A DNA stretch of 63,757 nt, counting the filler. It is 8 parts of 8 records of this genome, joined end to end, with 100 filler letters (N's around TTAATTAATTAA, not from the genome) between each part and the next. Parts side by side here need not be neighbours in the genome. Positions count along the whole stretch, not along the records: positions 9,141 to 23,948 come from SRR7504441_2195; 7 more parts are not named here. One strand, given 5' to 3'. The notes below the pieces were generated by a model. That model was given only the letters and a program-made list of their open reading frames with translations. It was not told where the DNA came from and did no database searches. Below are positions 9,141 to 21,068 of this stretch, in pieces. The translations under genes and the position numbers were made by a program. Every line of letters begins with the position of its first letter. The first letter of the stretch is position 1.

Positions 9141-11933
9141 ACAGTGTGCAGCGGCCACGCTGGCCACTCGGACAGCTCACAAAGAAAGCGGGAGTGCAGG
9201 CTACACAGTACCACTTGTGCCTGAGGACGCCAACTTAGAGGTTCTGCGAGACGCAGTTGACTCCCAACTGAAACTAAAGAACGAGGAGGAACTGCGCCAT
9301 CACTTTGCTGCTCAAGACCAAGAAGGGGTGCTGGCTAAGTTACAGGAGCGTCTCGATGCGGCAATCCAGGTATAAGTCGCAGTAATCCAGGTTGTGTCTG
9401 ATGTGTTAATAGGGCGCCAAACCTACGAATGTCGTGCTTGAGAGGGCTGCACGGGCAGCACTAGACACCAGCTGGGAAGAGTATGAGGATAGTTTTGAGG
9501 AGCCAGATGATTACGAGTGTGACGACTGCGATGAGCGTTATCACACTGGGAGCTGCAGCTGCTACAAGGAATATAGTGGTGAGCAATTGCTCATTGAAAT
9601 GAGCTGAAATTGTTGCAGATGACTATGGCAATTTCGCGTGTGTCACGGCAGCTGTGGAGGAGCTGATGGGAGAAATTGACGAGGACATTGGCAATGGATA
9701 TTGGGATGCAGCCATTGTAACGCTCAGTGCAGTGTGCAATTGGCTTTGCGATATCGACGCCACATCAGAAGCAGGAGCTCGTTTTGACAACAATGATGCA
9801 GTGATTTACAGCTCAGAGAAGTGGACCTCTTTGCTGTCTGCCATGCCTGAAAGCGAGCTATTGCCCATCAAGAGCGCTCTTGGAGCCGAGATTGATCATT
9901 GGGCACGTGCTCTTGCATCAAGTGAATTCCACACGGTGTCCGGGTTTCTGCGTACAGCTTGGACTGACCCCGAGCTCACACGGATTTTGGAGACAGGACA
10001 GGGCTCGCTCTGTGAACCGGCGGCCGTGACTATATCCCGGCTCACAGCGCTGGAGAAAGAAGACCGCTTCGACGCGATGCTAAACTTAGCCACGTACTCA
10101 AAACAACAGTGCTACATCTACCGCGCACTGATACACTTGCGGAAGTTTTCAGAATTGGTGCATCGGTTGATGCTAGAGCCATATGCTCCACCTGCAGATT
10201 CGATCGATTTCTCACAGCTACTGTCATTGCAGCTCAAGTCGAGTGATACGTGCACTCCAACTAGTGACAGCGTTCTTTGCTGCCTGCTGTTGAGTACACA
10301 TGCCACAGCTGGTGGATCCACATCATTAGGTCTCCCTGCGCTCGAGTGGCTACTAAAGCACTTAAAAAGTGTGTCCGCTGATGATGTGAGCTGCTATAAC
10401 GCTCCACCGCACCCTCAAGGAACACAGTGGCTTGAGCCTACACTAGCATTTGCACGCGAAAGTTCCCTCAAGGATGCGAATGAGATGCCAGTTGGCCTCA
10501 TGGTGCTCAACTCTGTCATGCTGATCGTGGACTTAGCGCAGTGTGCTCCTGTGCAACCACAGCCCAACTCTTGGAGACCATCTCCGACTGTTGCCCAGCT
10601 GGAAAAGATTGCAGTGGCTCTGTTGGGTGTAAGCACAGCAGTGCCTCCTTTGAATGTGATGATTCACATGGCCTCGTGGCATGTTGCAAGAACACACCTG
10701 CGCCATGACACCAGTCACAGCTGCAACGACGGCCTTCCGTTGCTCGTAAAGAGCTGCTTGTTGCTGCATCGGAAATTACCTGCGAAAGCAGAAAGTCTTC
10801 ACAGCGAAGGGAGTGCAAGTGCCACGGCAGTGTTCATCATAAAGCATATGAAGGAAAAGCACCAGTTGGTTTCCCTCACAAAGCGATTGGCTGCGTGCAA
10901 AGCAGATTGGTTGCTTGCGCCAATTGGTGTGCACTGCCTGAAGCTGCATACAGCAGGCGAGTCGCAACAATCTGGTACTGTCCCAACGGATCTCGTCGAG
11001 GTGCTGCTGGCATCGATTCCGCGCATTCCAGAATCAGCAGGCGATGTACGAGGCACAATTATAAATCAGCTGACGGCAAATGCATTGGAGGAAGTCCAGC
11101 CGCGCTCAGTGCATTCAGGCCACTACAGTGGGTGTTACAGCCCCCCACTGGTGCAAGCTCCGGTACGGAGTAGATTTGAGGTGGCTGGCCTGCAGATGTT
11201 GTGTGTATGGTACAAGAAGCACGAAGCAATGTACAGATCTTCGTGCTTCTCTGACAAATTGAAGCAGGATATCTCCAAGCTGGCCGCAATGTGGATTAGA
11301 GACTCGCATAGTGACCCTGATGCAATCGACTTCTTCACACAATTGGCCATCTCTCAAGGGAGCTTAGACTCCATTGCAGCTTTAGTCAAGCTTTCGGTAG
11401 ACAACCCGAAAGTGTACAGGATCCCATCTGGGAAGTCCTGGTACAAAAAGATCCAAGACCCTTCTAGCACCATCATAAAGGACGCACGGGCTGCTGCTTC
11501 GAGTGTTGCCGCAGAGCTGGAGGCAACAATGAGCAAGCTGCTGGAAACTGCTTCTCTCATTCAGAGCATATCGTCGAAGCATGCAAAGAAGCTTCGTGCA
11601 CTGGCAGCTGCGGAGCCTTTGCGGATGCTCGGGCAGTTGCAGACCAGCAAACGATTCACTGGAAGCAGCACCTGCGGCGTAGGGCACACTGCTTGGGGCA
11701 CTATGTGCTCTACTTGCACTAGCCCGCAATGCGATCTGTTTCTGTGTACAGCAGTGTTGTGGCTGGTGGCACATACTGTCGGTGCTCCTGAGGTAGCCAA
11801 AGCACAGTATCAAAAGGCGATGGAGGGTGCTAAGGCCCCGCTCAAAGCATCCCTGTCGTGTGTGCGCGTGAGAGACCCAATCGTTTCGAATAAGCTCAAG
11901 AGTTTGTGTGTCTCTTGCCGGGGAGATTGCTAG
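9141..11933 (+). CDS. Large helical protein resembling the C-terminal region of bacterial SWIM-zinc-finger family proteins (5' end missing)
   Basis: Two short introns (about 9370-9411 and 9579-9618) join upstream exons to the 759-aa ORF; segment AWTDPELTRIL..ISRLTALEKEDRFDAMLNLA recalls that family from memory; no SWIM motif is visible in the part present. Confidence 0.5.
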
Positions 11934-12069
11934 TACATACAAGTAGATTCCTTAGTGATTCCTTATATTAGTGATTCCTGGTTTTTAAATATCACTACCG
12001 TAACATTGGTAGACTCTGGAGTGGAGAGCCCTTCCGCGGCCGCAGCCGAGTTTCTTCCAAGGACTTCTT

Positions 12070-12075
12070 CCGTTG
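12070..12075 (-). promoter_or_regulatory. YAACGG element upstream of ARP6
   Basis: TTCCGTTG about 50 bp upstream of the ATG at 12124. Confidence 0.5.
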
Positions 12076-12123
12076 CCGCTCGGCTCGGGGCCGGGTTGTG
12101 TCTCCTAGCTGCAGTCTCGGCGG

Positions 12124-13728
12124 ATGCCGACCAGCAGCCAGGTCTTGGTGGTCGACAACGGCGGGGGCTCGATCAAATGGGGTCTGGCCGGCGAGGACGC
12201 CCCGCGCACGTGCCCCCCCGGCTCGCCCCCGCCCGAGCCCGGTCCCAGGGTTATGCCAGCCGCGATCGTCCGAGGCGCCGGGGGCAAGCGGTACGTCGGG
12301 GACGAGCTGTCCGGATGCAAGAGCTTCGCCAACCTGCACTTTCAGCAACCGTGCGACCGGGTCTCTACCCGGCCCGATCGGCGGCTCACCCGGCTCGGAC
12401 AGGGGTATGTGTGCGACTGGGGCACTCTGCAAACCCTGTGGGAGCGCGGACTCGGGAAGGCAGTGATGAATGTGCCGGGCCCGGGGGGAGGGGGTGGGAC
12501 GGGCCTGGGCAGGTCAAGCCGGCCGAGTGCAAGCTGCTGGTGACCGAGCCGCCCAACTGCCCGGGCAGCATTCAGAGTTCTATGGACTCCTTCGTATTTG
12601 AAGACCTGGGGTTCGCGGCCTACTACCGCACCCAGGGTCAGCCCCAGGCCGGCCCCGGCTTAGCCTGGCTGCAGGCGCCAGGCTGGCTGCGGCCAATGTG
12701 CCCGCCCTGGAGCGGCCGGCGCTGACTGTGGTGGATGCGGGGTCACGCCGCTTGTCGCAGCTCGGCTCACTTGCCGTGTCTCAGGTTCTCGTTCGCGCAT
12801 TCGTCGCCAGTGTTTGACGGGTTTGTGTGCAACTATGCGGTGCGGCGTGTGAATGTGGGCGGCAAGCTGCTCACAAACCAGCTCAAAGAGCTGATCTCCT
12901 ACAGGTTTGCAGACAATATAACTTAACCATAGCTCGGCCAGAGCTGAGCGCCGGCAGGGCGATGAACATGATGAACGAGACCTACACGATCAACGACCTC
13001 AAGGAGAAGGCGTGCTTTGTCTCTATGGACTTCAACGCCGACCTGGACAATGCGCGGTGTCGAGACGCTCTGCCTTGGCTAAGCCGCTGCCAGGCTCCGG
13101 AAAGGCAATAAACTCAAGTGTGAATATGTGCTCCCGGACTACCAGAGCATCATGGTTGGCTACATCAAGGATCAGGACGCCGAGCCCGAGCCTGCAGCCA
13201 AAAAGCAGAAGACGTCTAAAGTGCAAGCCGACGACGCAGACGAGGCATCCCATCCCGCCGCCGCCGCTGAGCCCCGGCTCAGCACCAGACCATCCCGCTG
13301 GCCAACGAGCGGTTCACCGTGCCGGAGCTGCTTTTCTCACCAACTGACATTGGTGCGTGCTCATCGGGGTGGGGGCTAAGCAGCGGACAGGCCTGCCGCA
13401 GGGCGGGATCGCCGAAGCGATTAGGCAGTCAATCGAGTGCTGCGCGCCCGAGATCCGGCCGCTGCTGTGGTCGAATATTCTGCTGGTGGGTGGCTCGTGC
13501 AAGATACCACACTTCAAGGAGCGGCTTGAACAAGAACTCCGCTCGCTGGCACCGTCCGAGTTCGAGGTCGGAATCACAATGGCGGAGGACCCTATCACCC
13601 ATACCTGGAAGGGCGGGTCGATCATGGGCTCGGTGCCGGGGTTTGAGCAGTGCTGTGTGACCAAGAAGGAGTACGAAGAGTTTGGGGCCGACGCGCAGCT
13701 CGGCTGCCAGCGGCGGTTCATGCTTTGA
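12124..13728 (+). CDS. ARP6: Actin-related protein 6 (SWR1 complex), 9 introns
   Basis: Spliced motifs [88 protein letters not shown]; introns 37-53 nt. Confidence 0.92.
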
Positions 13729-13854
13729 GATAGAAGGGCCTGGCGCACGCATCTTGGGCGGCTGATTCCACGTACAGATATGCATACCAAGATGGCGGCT
13801 ACCTATTTAAAATAAAGCTGTTTTACCTAGTGATTATAGCGATTGAATAGTGAT

Positions 13855-14139
13855 CTAGCCGGCCGACTCAGTGTCAACACACACCTCCACCACCGGATCG
13901 GCGCCGCGCCGGCGGAGTTTTTTGGTCAGCCGGGCGGCCGAGATGGTGCTGGTCGGCTGGTGGCTCCCCCGCTGGCCCAGGCCTAGGTTGGCCGCGGCCA
14001 GCTCGGCCCCGAATACCAGCAACCCGACTGCCAGGCCCCCAAGCACCATCAACGCCACCTTGTAAGCGCCGGCCGCCAGCGCCACCACCACCGCCGCCAT
14101 CGTCCAGAACACGATCAGCGTGATCCAGCACTCCACCAT
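13855..14139 (-). CDS. Small hydrophobic membrane protein
   Basis: 94-aa ORF with two hydrophobic segments; fits the divergent-pair pattern with the DEK-like gene. Confidence 0.5.
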   Translation of the reverse strand: MVECWITLIVFWTMAAVVVALAAGAYKVALMVLGGLAVGLLVFGAELAAANLGLGQRGSHQPTSTISAARLTKKLRRRGADPVVEVCVDTESAG

Positions 14140-14272
14140 CGGTGCGCCAAAGCCGGGTGGCTACAGTACCAGCCGCGGCAGCGGGCGTGGCAGCAGTCCG
14201 CAGGACCAGCAGCTGCTGTTCAAAAATCTCGCTGGCGGGGCAAGTTCGAAATCAGCAGGAAGCCGAGAAAGC

Positions 14273-15585
14273 ATGTCTGAACCCGTGTCTGAACAGTCGA
14301 CCGCGGCACCGATGGAGGTGGACGCCCCGCCAGCTGTCGAGCCGAGCGCCGCGCCGGAGGAGTCGGCCGCGGCCAGCGAACCGGAAGTCCAGGAGGCGAG
14401 CGAGGAGGAGGCCGCAGCCGAGGAGGCCGAAGAGCCCGTGGTTGAAACGGTAGAGGAGGAGGCCGAGGAGGAGGAGGCCGTGGAGGAGGAGGCCGAGGAG
14501 GAGGCGGCTGCAGAGGAGGTGTGACCCGCCGTGGCCCCGGCCCGAGCTGCCGCGACAGGTGGGATCCCGCGGGCGTCAGCGCAAGCAGGTCAAAAAGTTC
14601 GAAGTGGAGGAGATAAAGATCGTCGCTCCCGTCGAGATCTACGAGGCGCGCGACTGGGCCGTCCGGTTGGGCTCACTGGTCCGGGGCAGGGTAAAGGCAA
14701 GCCGCTGGGCGAGCTGGCCGGAGGTGCGCTCTGCCCAGCTGCTGGGTGACCGGTTGGCCAGTGAGGGAGCGGTTCGACAAATACACCGGCTCATCGGACG
14801 AGGCCAAGTCGCTGCACAACGTCATCTGGGGCCGGCCCGGCAAGGTGCGCACCAGTCTGCAGCCACGCGCAGCTGAGCGGGCGGCGTAGAGCAAAACGCT
14901 GAAGAGGGCACTTCATGAGTTTTGTGGACTGGACCCCAAAGAAAAGGCGACCGTGCCAATGCGACTGCTGGCCTGACAGCACCGGCAGGCGGCAGCGCTG
15001 AAGCGAGCGGCCAGACTGTCCTCAAATACGCTCAGAAACCTTTGTAAGATCGTCGGCGTGCAGCAGGGCAAAGCGAGTGAGATGGCCGAAAGCGTAGTCG
15101 AATGGCTGATTAGCCCGTCCGAGAAGAAAAAAGTCAAACGCAAATCGACCGGCTCGACAAGCCGGCCTGCGGAGCCTGCTAAAAAGAAGCCCAAGAGCGC
15201 GCCGGCAGCCAACAAGAGCACCCCCAAGCCTGCAGAGAAGCCTGTGGCCTCTGAGCAGAAGACCCAGGAGAAGGCGCAGAAAGAGCAAAAGCCCGAGGAG
15301 GTGGCCTCGGAGGAGCGGCAGCCGGAGCCGGAGGAGCCGATGCAGCTGGAGGAGGAGGCCTGCCAGGCTGAGCTGGAGCCTGCCAGTGCAGCGAGCACCA
15401 GCCAGACTGAACTGTTCACACGCAAGGTGCAGGCGATGCTGGACTCAGCCGGCGAGAAGGCGATGGAGCTGAGCCACAAGGTGATCAGGCAAAAGCTGTC
15501 GGCCGACCTGAAGATCACGATCGAGGGCGACGCCAAGGCTGAGCTCAAGGCGATCACCACGCGACTGTTCCAGGAAATGCTGTAG
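14273..15585 (+). CDS. DEK-like chromatin protein (acidic N-terminus, SAP-like core, DEK_C), 5 introns
   Basis: Spliced RGRQRKQVKKF..GKGKPLGEL..LHNVIWGRPGK..LKRALHEFCG..LRNLCKIVGV; C-terminal SHKVIRQKLSADLKITI; introns include GC-AG at 14646-14689 and 14947-14988. Confidence 0.82.
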
Positions 15586-15654
15586 ACTCCGGCCAAGGTG
15601 GACGAGACGGCCTGAGGCCGGTGGGCGCAACTGTTGGGAGATGCAGCGGCGGCG

Positions 15655-15860
15655 TATTGTACGAATAGAAAGTTTAGAGCTTGTAGAGCGCCGAGAGAAA
15701 CGTACATACTGGGTACTCGTACGAGGGTACTGGTCACGGTACCTAGACCTCGCGTGACGAGCTCGAGTCAAATAAAACTAGAAATCGCGAATTAAGTCTA
15801 TAGCGTCCCTGTATCCAGTTCCTTTCTACGCGTATTCAGACCTTAGAAAGTTACCGGTTT
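15655..15860. terminator. GTAC-rich convergent 3' spacer
   Basis: Six GTAC in about 90 bp followed by an AT-rich tract, between two convergent stop codons; function inferred from position only. Confidence 0.4.
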
Positions 15861-15907
15861 CAAGCAGACTTAATATTCCACACTAGAGCTCTCGCGGCCT
15901 GCAGTTT

Positions 15908-16516
15908 TCACTTGTACGGAGCAAACTTTGTCCAGAACTCGACGCTCTCCTTGTACTTGCTCCGCTCGAGCGCCACGCCGGAGCCGCCCTCCTCCTTGCC
16001 CAGGCTGTTCCGCATCATCGTGATCGGTTGCATCGGCAGCTCGTAGTCCACGTCCTGCGCCTTGACCGAGATGATCCCCCACGGCGCCGTCTCGCCGTCG
16101 TCGGCCCGGCCCATAGACTCGGCCTCCTTCCGGATCTGCTCCCGGCTGTACAGGATGATGTCCAGCCAGCTGGCCACCGGCGGCTCCGGGGAGGTGGCCG
16201 ACGGGAACCAACGGACCAGCACCGGCAGCTCCTGCTCGGTCCGGGCCTCGTAGCCGCTGCGGAGCTGGTGCTCGTTCTGTGGGGTGATGGCTAGGTAGGG
16301 CATCTTGACCGCATCGCCCACGAAATTGGGCACGAACAGATGCTTGCAGAACGGGGCGTACCCGTCCACGAGCTGGCAGCTCCCGCTGGCATGCCGCTGG
16401 TTGATCTCGGCCGCGAAGGCCACTTGGTCGTACGGGATTCGGGTGCCCGTATACGTGGCGTCCTCGAACTGCCGGCGCGCGAAGTCGTCCAGCACGCACA
16501 ACGTCGGGGACGACAT
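15908..16516 (-). CDS. DUF3228-family protein
   Basis: Motifs LDDFARRQF, LVDGYAPFCKHLFVPNF, LRSGYEART..ELPVLVRWF, LDIILYSREQI, ELPMQPITMMRNSLGKEEGGSG. Confidence 0.88.
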   Translation of the reverse strand: MSSPTLCVLDDFARRQFEDATYTGTRIPYDQVAFAAEINQRHASGSCQLVDGYAPFCKHLFVPNFVGDAVKMPYLAITPQNEHQLRSGYEARTEQELPVLVRWFPSATSPEPPVASWLDIILYSREQIRKEAESMGRADDGETAPWGIISVKAQDVDYELPMQPITMMRNSLGKEEGGSGVALERSKYKESVEFWTKFAPYK

Positions 16517-16581
16517 GTGCGCCACTGCTCTCAAGGCTCGACGGCTGAGCGTGGTGACAGTCGGTGGTGGCCGAGCTGCTT

Positions 16582-16587
16582 CCGTTA
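16582..16587 (-). promoter_or_regulatory. YAACGG element in the 74-bp divergent gap
   Basis: TTCCGTTA between the ATGs at 16516(-) and 16591(+). Confidence 0.5.
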
Positions 16588-16590
16588 GAC

Positions 16591-16905
16591 ATGGACACGG
16601 AGGAGGGCGACCAGCCATTGACCTGCGGTGTAGAGGACGAGGAGGACGGCTCGCGGACCATCGACGGGCTGGGGCTGATCCGCCGCCGGCCGTGGTGCGG
16701 GGAGAGCCGTCCGCGGTGCAACGGGTGCATCGACGAGTGTCTTTGATACTCGCAAGTGCGTCGCCGGCCAGTCGCGGGATCACGGGGGGGCAGTACGCAG
16801 TGCCGGTGCTCCTGCTCTGCGTGGTCCTCCCGGGGGGTGCGCGGTCCAGCCGGCCGCCGGATCAGCGAGGGGGCAGGCCTGGCGCTGGCGCTGTGGCTCT
16901 TCTGA
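16591..16905 (+). CDS. Small protein with C-terminal TM (tail-anchored-like), 2 introns
   Basis: MDTEEGDQPLTCG.. spliced through two short GT-AG introns to YAVPVLLLCVVLPGGLALALWLF-stop. Confidence 0.5.
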
Positions 16906-17189
16906 ACGCCTCGGCTTATGACGCTGTGCTTCGCCAGTGGGTAACAGAAGCACGGCCGAGCAGCCAGGGGGGTTCGCTGCCCCCTGTTGCAGTGACTGGG
17001 ACTGACCGACCAGCGCGTTTGACTCGTAGATGGCTGTGTCGGTGATTTAAAATTGCATAACTTAGTACGTACTAAAGTACATTGCACGCGTAAGACACGC
17101 GATATACCATAGAGTACTTTGTATGCCCTTTAGCGTATATAAAACTCGCTTAAATAAGCCAAGTCGCGCCGTGGCCGCCGTCCGTGTCC

Positions 17190-18011
17190 TCAGCGGGCCA
17201 GGTTTTGCCTGAGCAGCTCCAGCGCTTCCTGCACCTCGCGCCCGAGTACCTCCTTTGTGACCAGCAGACTCTCCTTGGGCATGCCCTTGCTCTGAAACGC
17301 CAGCTGGTGCCGCACGCTGCACTGCCCGCTCCCCCGGCTCTCCACCGTGAATGTGCTCCACACCCGCTGTGTTGCGTTGTCAGCTGCGTAGCTCCCCCGC
17401 AGTTCTAGACTCATCACCTGCTTCCCGCTCGCGCCCCACCCGCACCCGCCCGCACCGTCCCGCTCCCGGTCATGCCCGCCGCGTCGGTTCCCCACACGAT
17501 CCGGCGCGCTTCCCCGCCAAACGTGCAGTTCTGACGAAACTTTGCGCCCGGCCTGTCCTACCTCGGCCGAGCCGGCGGGCATGGGCACGTAAGTGGCCGG
17601 TCGATTGGGCCCTCGAGCAGGACCGCCCCACGCTGCCAGCGGAGCCAGCTGCTGGGTGTCCGCACATGTTCGAACACCAAGGCGGCCGACTGATTGACCG
17701 TCACCTGGCCCAACCCGTCAGCCGCCCGGCGGTCGACCGATCGCCTGCTTGATCACGGAGCTAGTGCCGGGCGGGAGCCGCGACGGCGGCGGGGCGATCG
17801 ACGGCGGGGAGAGCCAGAAGGTGAGCAGTCCCGCCAGCAGGGCGCATCCTGCGGCCACGAGCAGAGTGGTGTTGGAGAGCCCAGGGATTAACCCGGAACG
17901 GCGCTGGTTGTGCCGCTGCGCAGCCCGGGGTCGGCGGGCCGGCCGGGTGTGGGAGGGATCGGGCACCTTGAGCGCATCCCGGGCCTCCTTCTCGGCCTTG
18001 GGCTTCCCCAT
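17190..18011 (-). CDS. Membrane-anchored SRPBCC/START-like protein (several introns)
   Basis: TM (LLVAAGCALLAGLLTFWL), then VFEHVRTPSSWLRWQ, beta-rich STFTVE..SVRHQLAF and a terminal helix ALELLRQNL; exon boundaries approximate. Confidence 0.55.
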
Positions 18012-18049
18012 TGATCCCCGCTCGGGCTCGGGCGACGATGCTACGATGT

Positions 18050-18055
18050 CCGTTG
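18050..18055 (-). promoter_or_regulatory. YAACGG element in the 87-bp divergent gap
   Basis: GTCCGTTG between the ATGs at 18011(-) and 18099(+). Confidence 0.55.
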
Positions 18056-18098
18056 GAATCGCCTTGGCGCGTCGGGTCGGGAGCCGGGAGGACTCAAC

Positions 18099-20759
18099 AT
18101 GGCTTCAGATCAGCAGTGCGTGGACACAATCAGGGCCCTGTCGGCCGACGTGGTGCAGAAGGCCAAATCCGGCCACCCGGGCGCCCCGATGGGCTGCGCA
18201 CCGATCGCGCACACGCTTTGGACCAAGGTTATGAACTATTCCCCGGCCGAGCCCGACTGGATCAACCGCGACAGGCGCCCCGGGGGGCCCTCCCGGCCCG
18301 AGCCGGGCTGCAGGTTCGTGCTGAGTAACGGACACGCCTGCGCGCTGCAGTACATTATGCTTCACCTGACCGGGTACGACCTGTCGATGGACGACCTCAA
18401 AGCCTTCCGGCAGCTCAACAGCAAGTGCCTCGCCCCGCCGCCCGCCCGGCCTCAGCCGGCCGGCAGGACGCCCGGGCACCCCGAGAACTTCGTCACTGCC
18501 GGCATCGAGGTCTCCACCGGGCCGCTTGGGCAGGGTCCGCCTAGACCGCCGGCGCGAGCCGCTGAGCGCTGGCAGGCCTGTCGAATGCGGTCGGTATGGC
18601 GATAGCGTCGGCTCACCTCGGGGCCACGTACAACAAGCCAGGGTTCGAAGTGATTGACAACTTCACCTACGTGCTCTGCGGGGATGGCTGCCTCCAGGAG
18701 GGGATCACCTCCGAAGCTTGCTCACTGGCCGGCCACCTGGGGCTCGGGAAACTGATCGTGCTGTACGACGACAATAAAATCACAATCGACGGAGGGACTG
18801 AGCTCTCTTTCAGCGAGGATGTGCTCAAGCGGTACGAGGCGTACGGCTGGCATACGCAGGCTGTCCCTGACGGCGACTCGGGCTTCGACGCGATCGAGGC
18901 TGCGATAGCTGCAGCGAAGCAGGTGCCCGACCAGCCTTCAATGATCAAAGTGAGCACCACCATCGGGTTCGGGTCGGCCAAGGCCGGCACCGCTAAAGTG
19001 CACGGTGCGCCGCTCGGGGACGAGGATATTGCAAACCTTAAGAAGGTGCCAAGCGCTCGAGCCTCAGTCGAGCGGGTCTGGGCAGGCTGTTGGCTTGGAC
19101 CCAGAACAGAGCTTCCAGGTGCCGGCTGCGGTGAGCGAGCGCTACGCCCAGGTGCCGCCAGTCCCGGCCAGGACTGAGTGGACGGGCCAGTACCACGGCG
19201 CTGCCCATGCCAAAGCGTGGGAGGAAATGTTTGCGAAATACGCAACCGAGTTCCCCAAGGAGGCAGCCGAGCTGCAGCGGAGGATCGCCGGTGTGCAGTG
19301 GCGGTGCTGGCAAGCGCCTGAGTGCAGGCCAGGCGAGCTGCCAGATGGCTGGGAGGAGGCGTTACCGCAAAATACTCCGGAGGAGCCCGACAAGATTGCT
19401 GCCAATGTGCTCAGCTGCCGTTGACTGGGTGTGGGCTGAGACCGTTGGCGGCAGGCCACTCGGAAACACTCGCAGATGGTGCTCAATGCGCTGGCCGGGG
19501 TGGTGCCCGAGCTGATGGGCGGCTCTGCGGACCTAACCCCTTCGAACCTGACCAACCTGTCGACCTCCTTCGACTTCCAGCGAGCCGGTGCGCATCCCTA
19601 ACCTAGTACTTAGTATAATATGATAATATATTATTTATAGTCTTGCATGACAGCTAGCCCATCTGGCGACCCACCTGCCTCCAAGAAGCCCAAACTCTCG
19701 TCGTCGCCAGGCAGCTACGGAGGGCGGTACCTGAGGTTCGGAGTACGAGAGCACGCAATGGCCGCGATTTGCAACGGAATGGCCAGCTACGGCGCGTTCA
19801 TCCCTTTCTGCGCCACCTTCTTGAACTTCGTCGGGTATCAGCTCGGCTCGGTCCGGCTGTCCGCTCTCTCAGAGTTCCAGGCACGCACGCTCTGAGTCTA
19901 GCTGAGTTCGTTCAGGTGCTCTACGTTATGACTCACGACTCAATCGGGCTCGGCGAGGACGGCCCGACCCACCAGCCGGTCGAGATGCTCGAATCGCTAC
20001 GGGCGATGCCAAACATGCTCGTGATGCGGCCAGCCGACATCAACGAGGTATGGCAAGGTGCGTCATAGAGCGAGCGCGTGGGCAGGTGTCGGGCTGTTAC
20101 GCGGTGGCGCTGCAGAAGGGAAGTACCCCGAGCACAATCTGCCTCTCGCGCCAATCGTGTCCGAATCTGGCCCTGTCCACACCGAACAAGGCAGCCCAGG
20201 GTATGGGCAAGGGCTGAGTGCTCTTTGCAGGTGGCCAAGGGGGCATACGCAGTGCAGTGTGCGGAGAGTCCCATGCTGGTGATGGTGGCGACCGGGTCAG
20301 AGGTGCCTGGCCTGGGCGTGCTGGTGCGAGGCAGAGAGCAGGTGGGGCTGTGCATGGCGGCAGCTGAGCTGCTGGAGGGGGCTGTGGCTGTGGTCAGCAT
20401 GCCGTGCCAGGTCAGTGACACCGAATGTGACGAGTCTGATCCGAGTCGGCAGGAGCTGTATGAGCAGCAAGATCTCGAGTACAAGCTGTCACTGTTCCCG
20501 GAGGGGGTGCCAATCCTGTCAGTAGAGTGCTCGGCTGCCCGAGGCTGGGAGAGGTATTCACATGCCCAGATCGGCATGGGCGCGTTTGGAAAGTCGGCCC
20601 CTGGGAAGGATGTGCGCGCGCTGGCTTGGCTTGGATGATCGGTGGTAGGTGATGGCGTACTTTGGGTTCACCAAGGAAGCAGTTGCAGAGAAGGCCAAAC
20701 AAGTGGTCGAATTCTATAAGGAGAAGCCTGTCCCCAATTTGTATGACCGGTGCTTTTGA
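18099..20759 (+). CDS. TKT: Transketolase, 14 introns
   Basis: [85 protein letters not shown] at 20757-20759. Confidence 0.97.
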
Positions 20760-21068
20760 GTATTTTGCCATACTTTCGCCAAGCCCAAGATTTCATGTGC
20801 TATAGATTGGTGTCATTTCCTCCGACCCGCTCAGTAATGACTTAATCATTTACAAGTACTATAATTTACTAGCACTCACAATAGACAAAACTGACAAAGT
20901 CGGTAAAAATCCTTATTAAGGGACCAAATAATGATAACTAAATTACTCAAGTCAGAAAATTTTAGAATTACGGAAAGGGCTCTCATCAAATGGATGAACG
21001 GGTGCGTGTGAGTGTGCACAGTGCACTTGCTTCCATTGGCAATTGCACGCCAGACCTCTTACAGACCT

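Noticed and set aside
12210-20648. Micro-introns as introner-like mobile elements
   Set aside because: Lengths are similar but the sequences are not related to each other; no shared terminal repeats or target duplications were seen.
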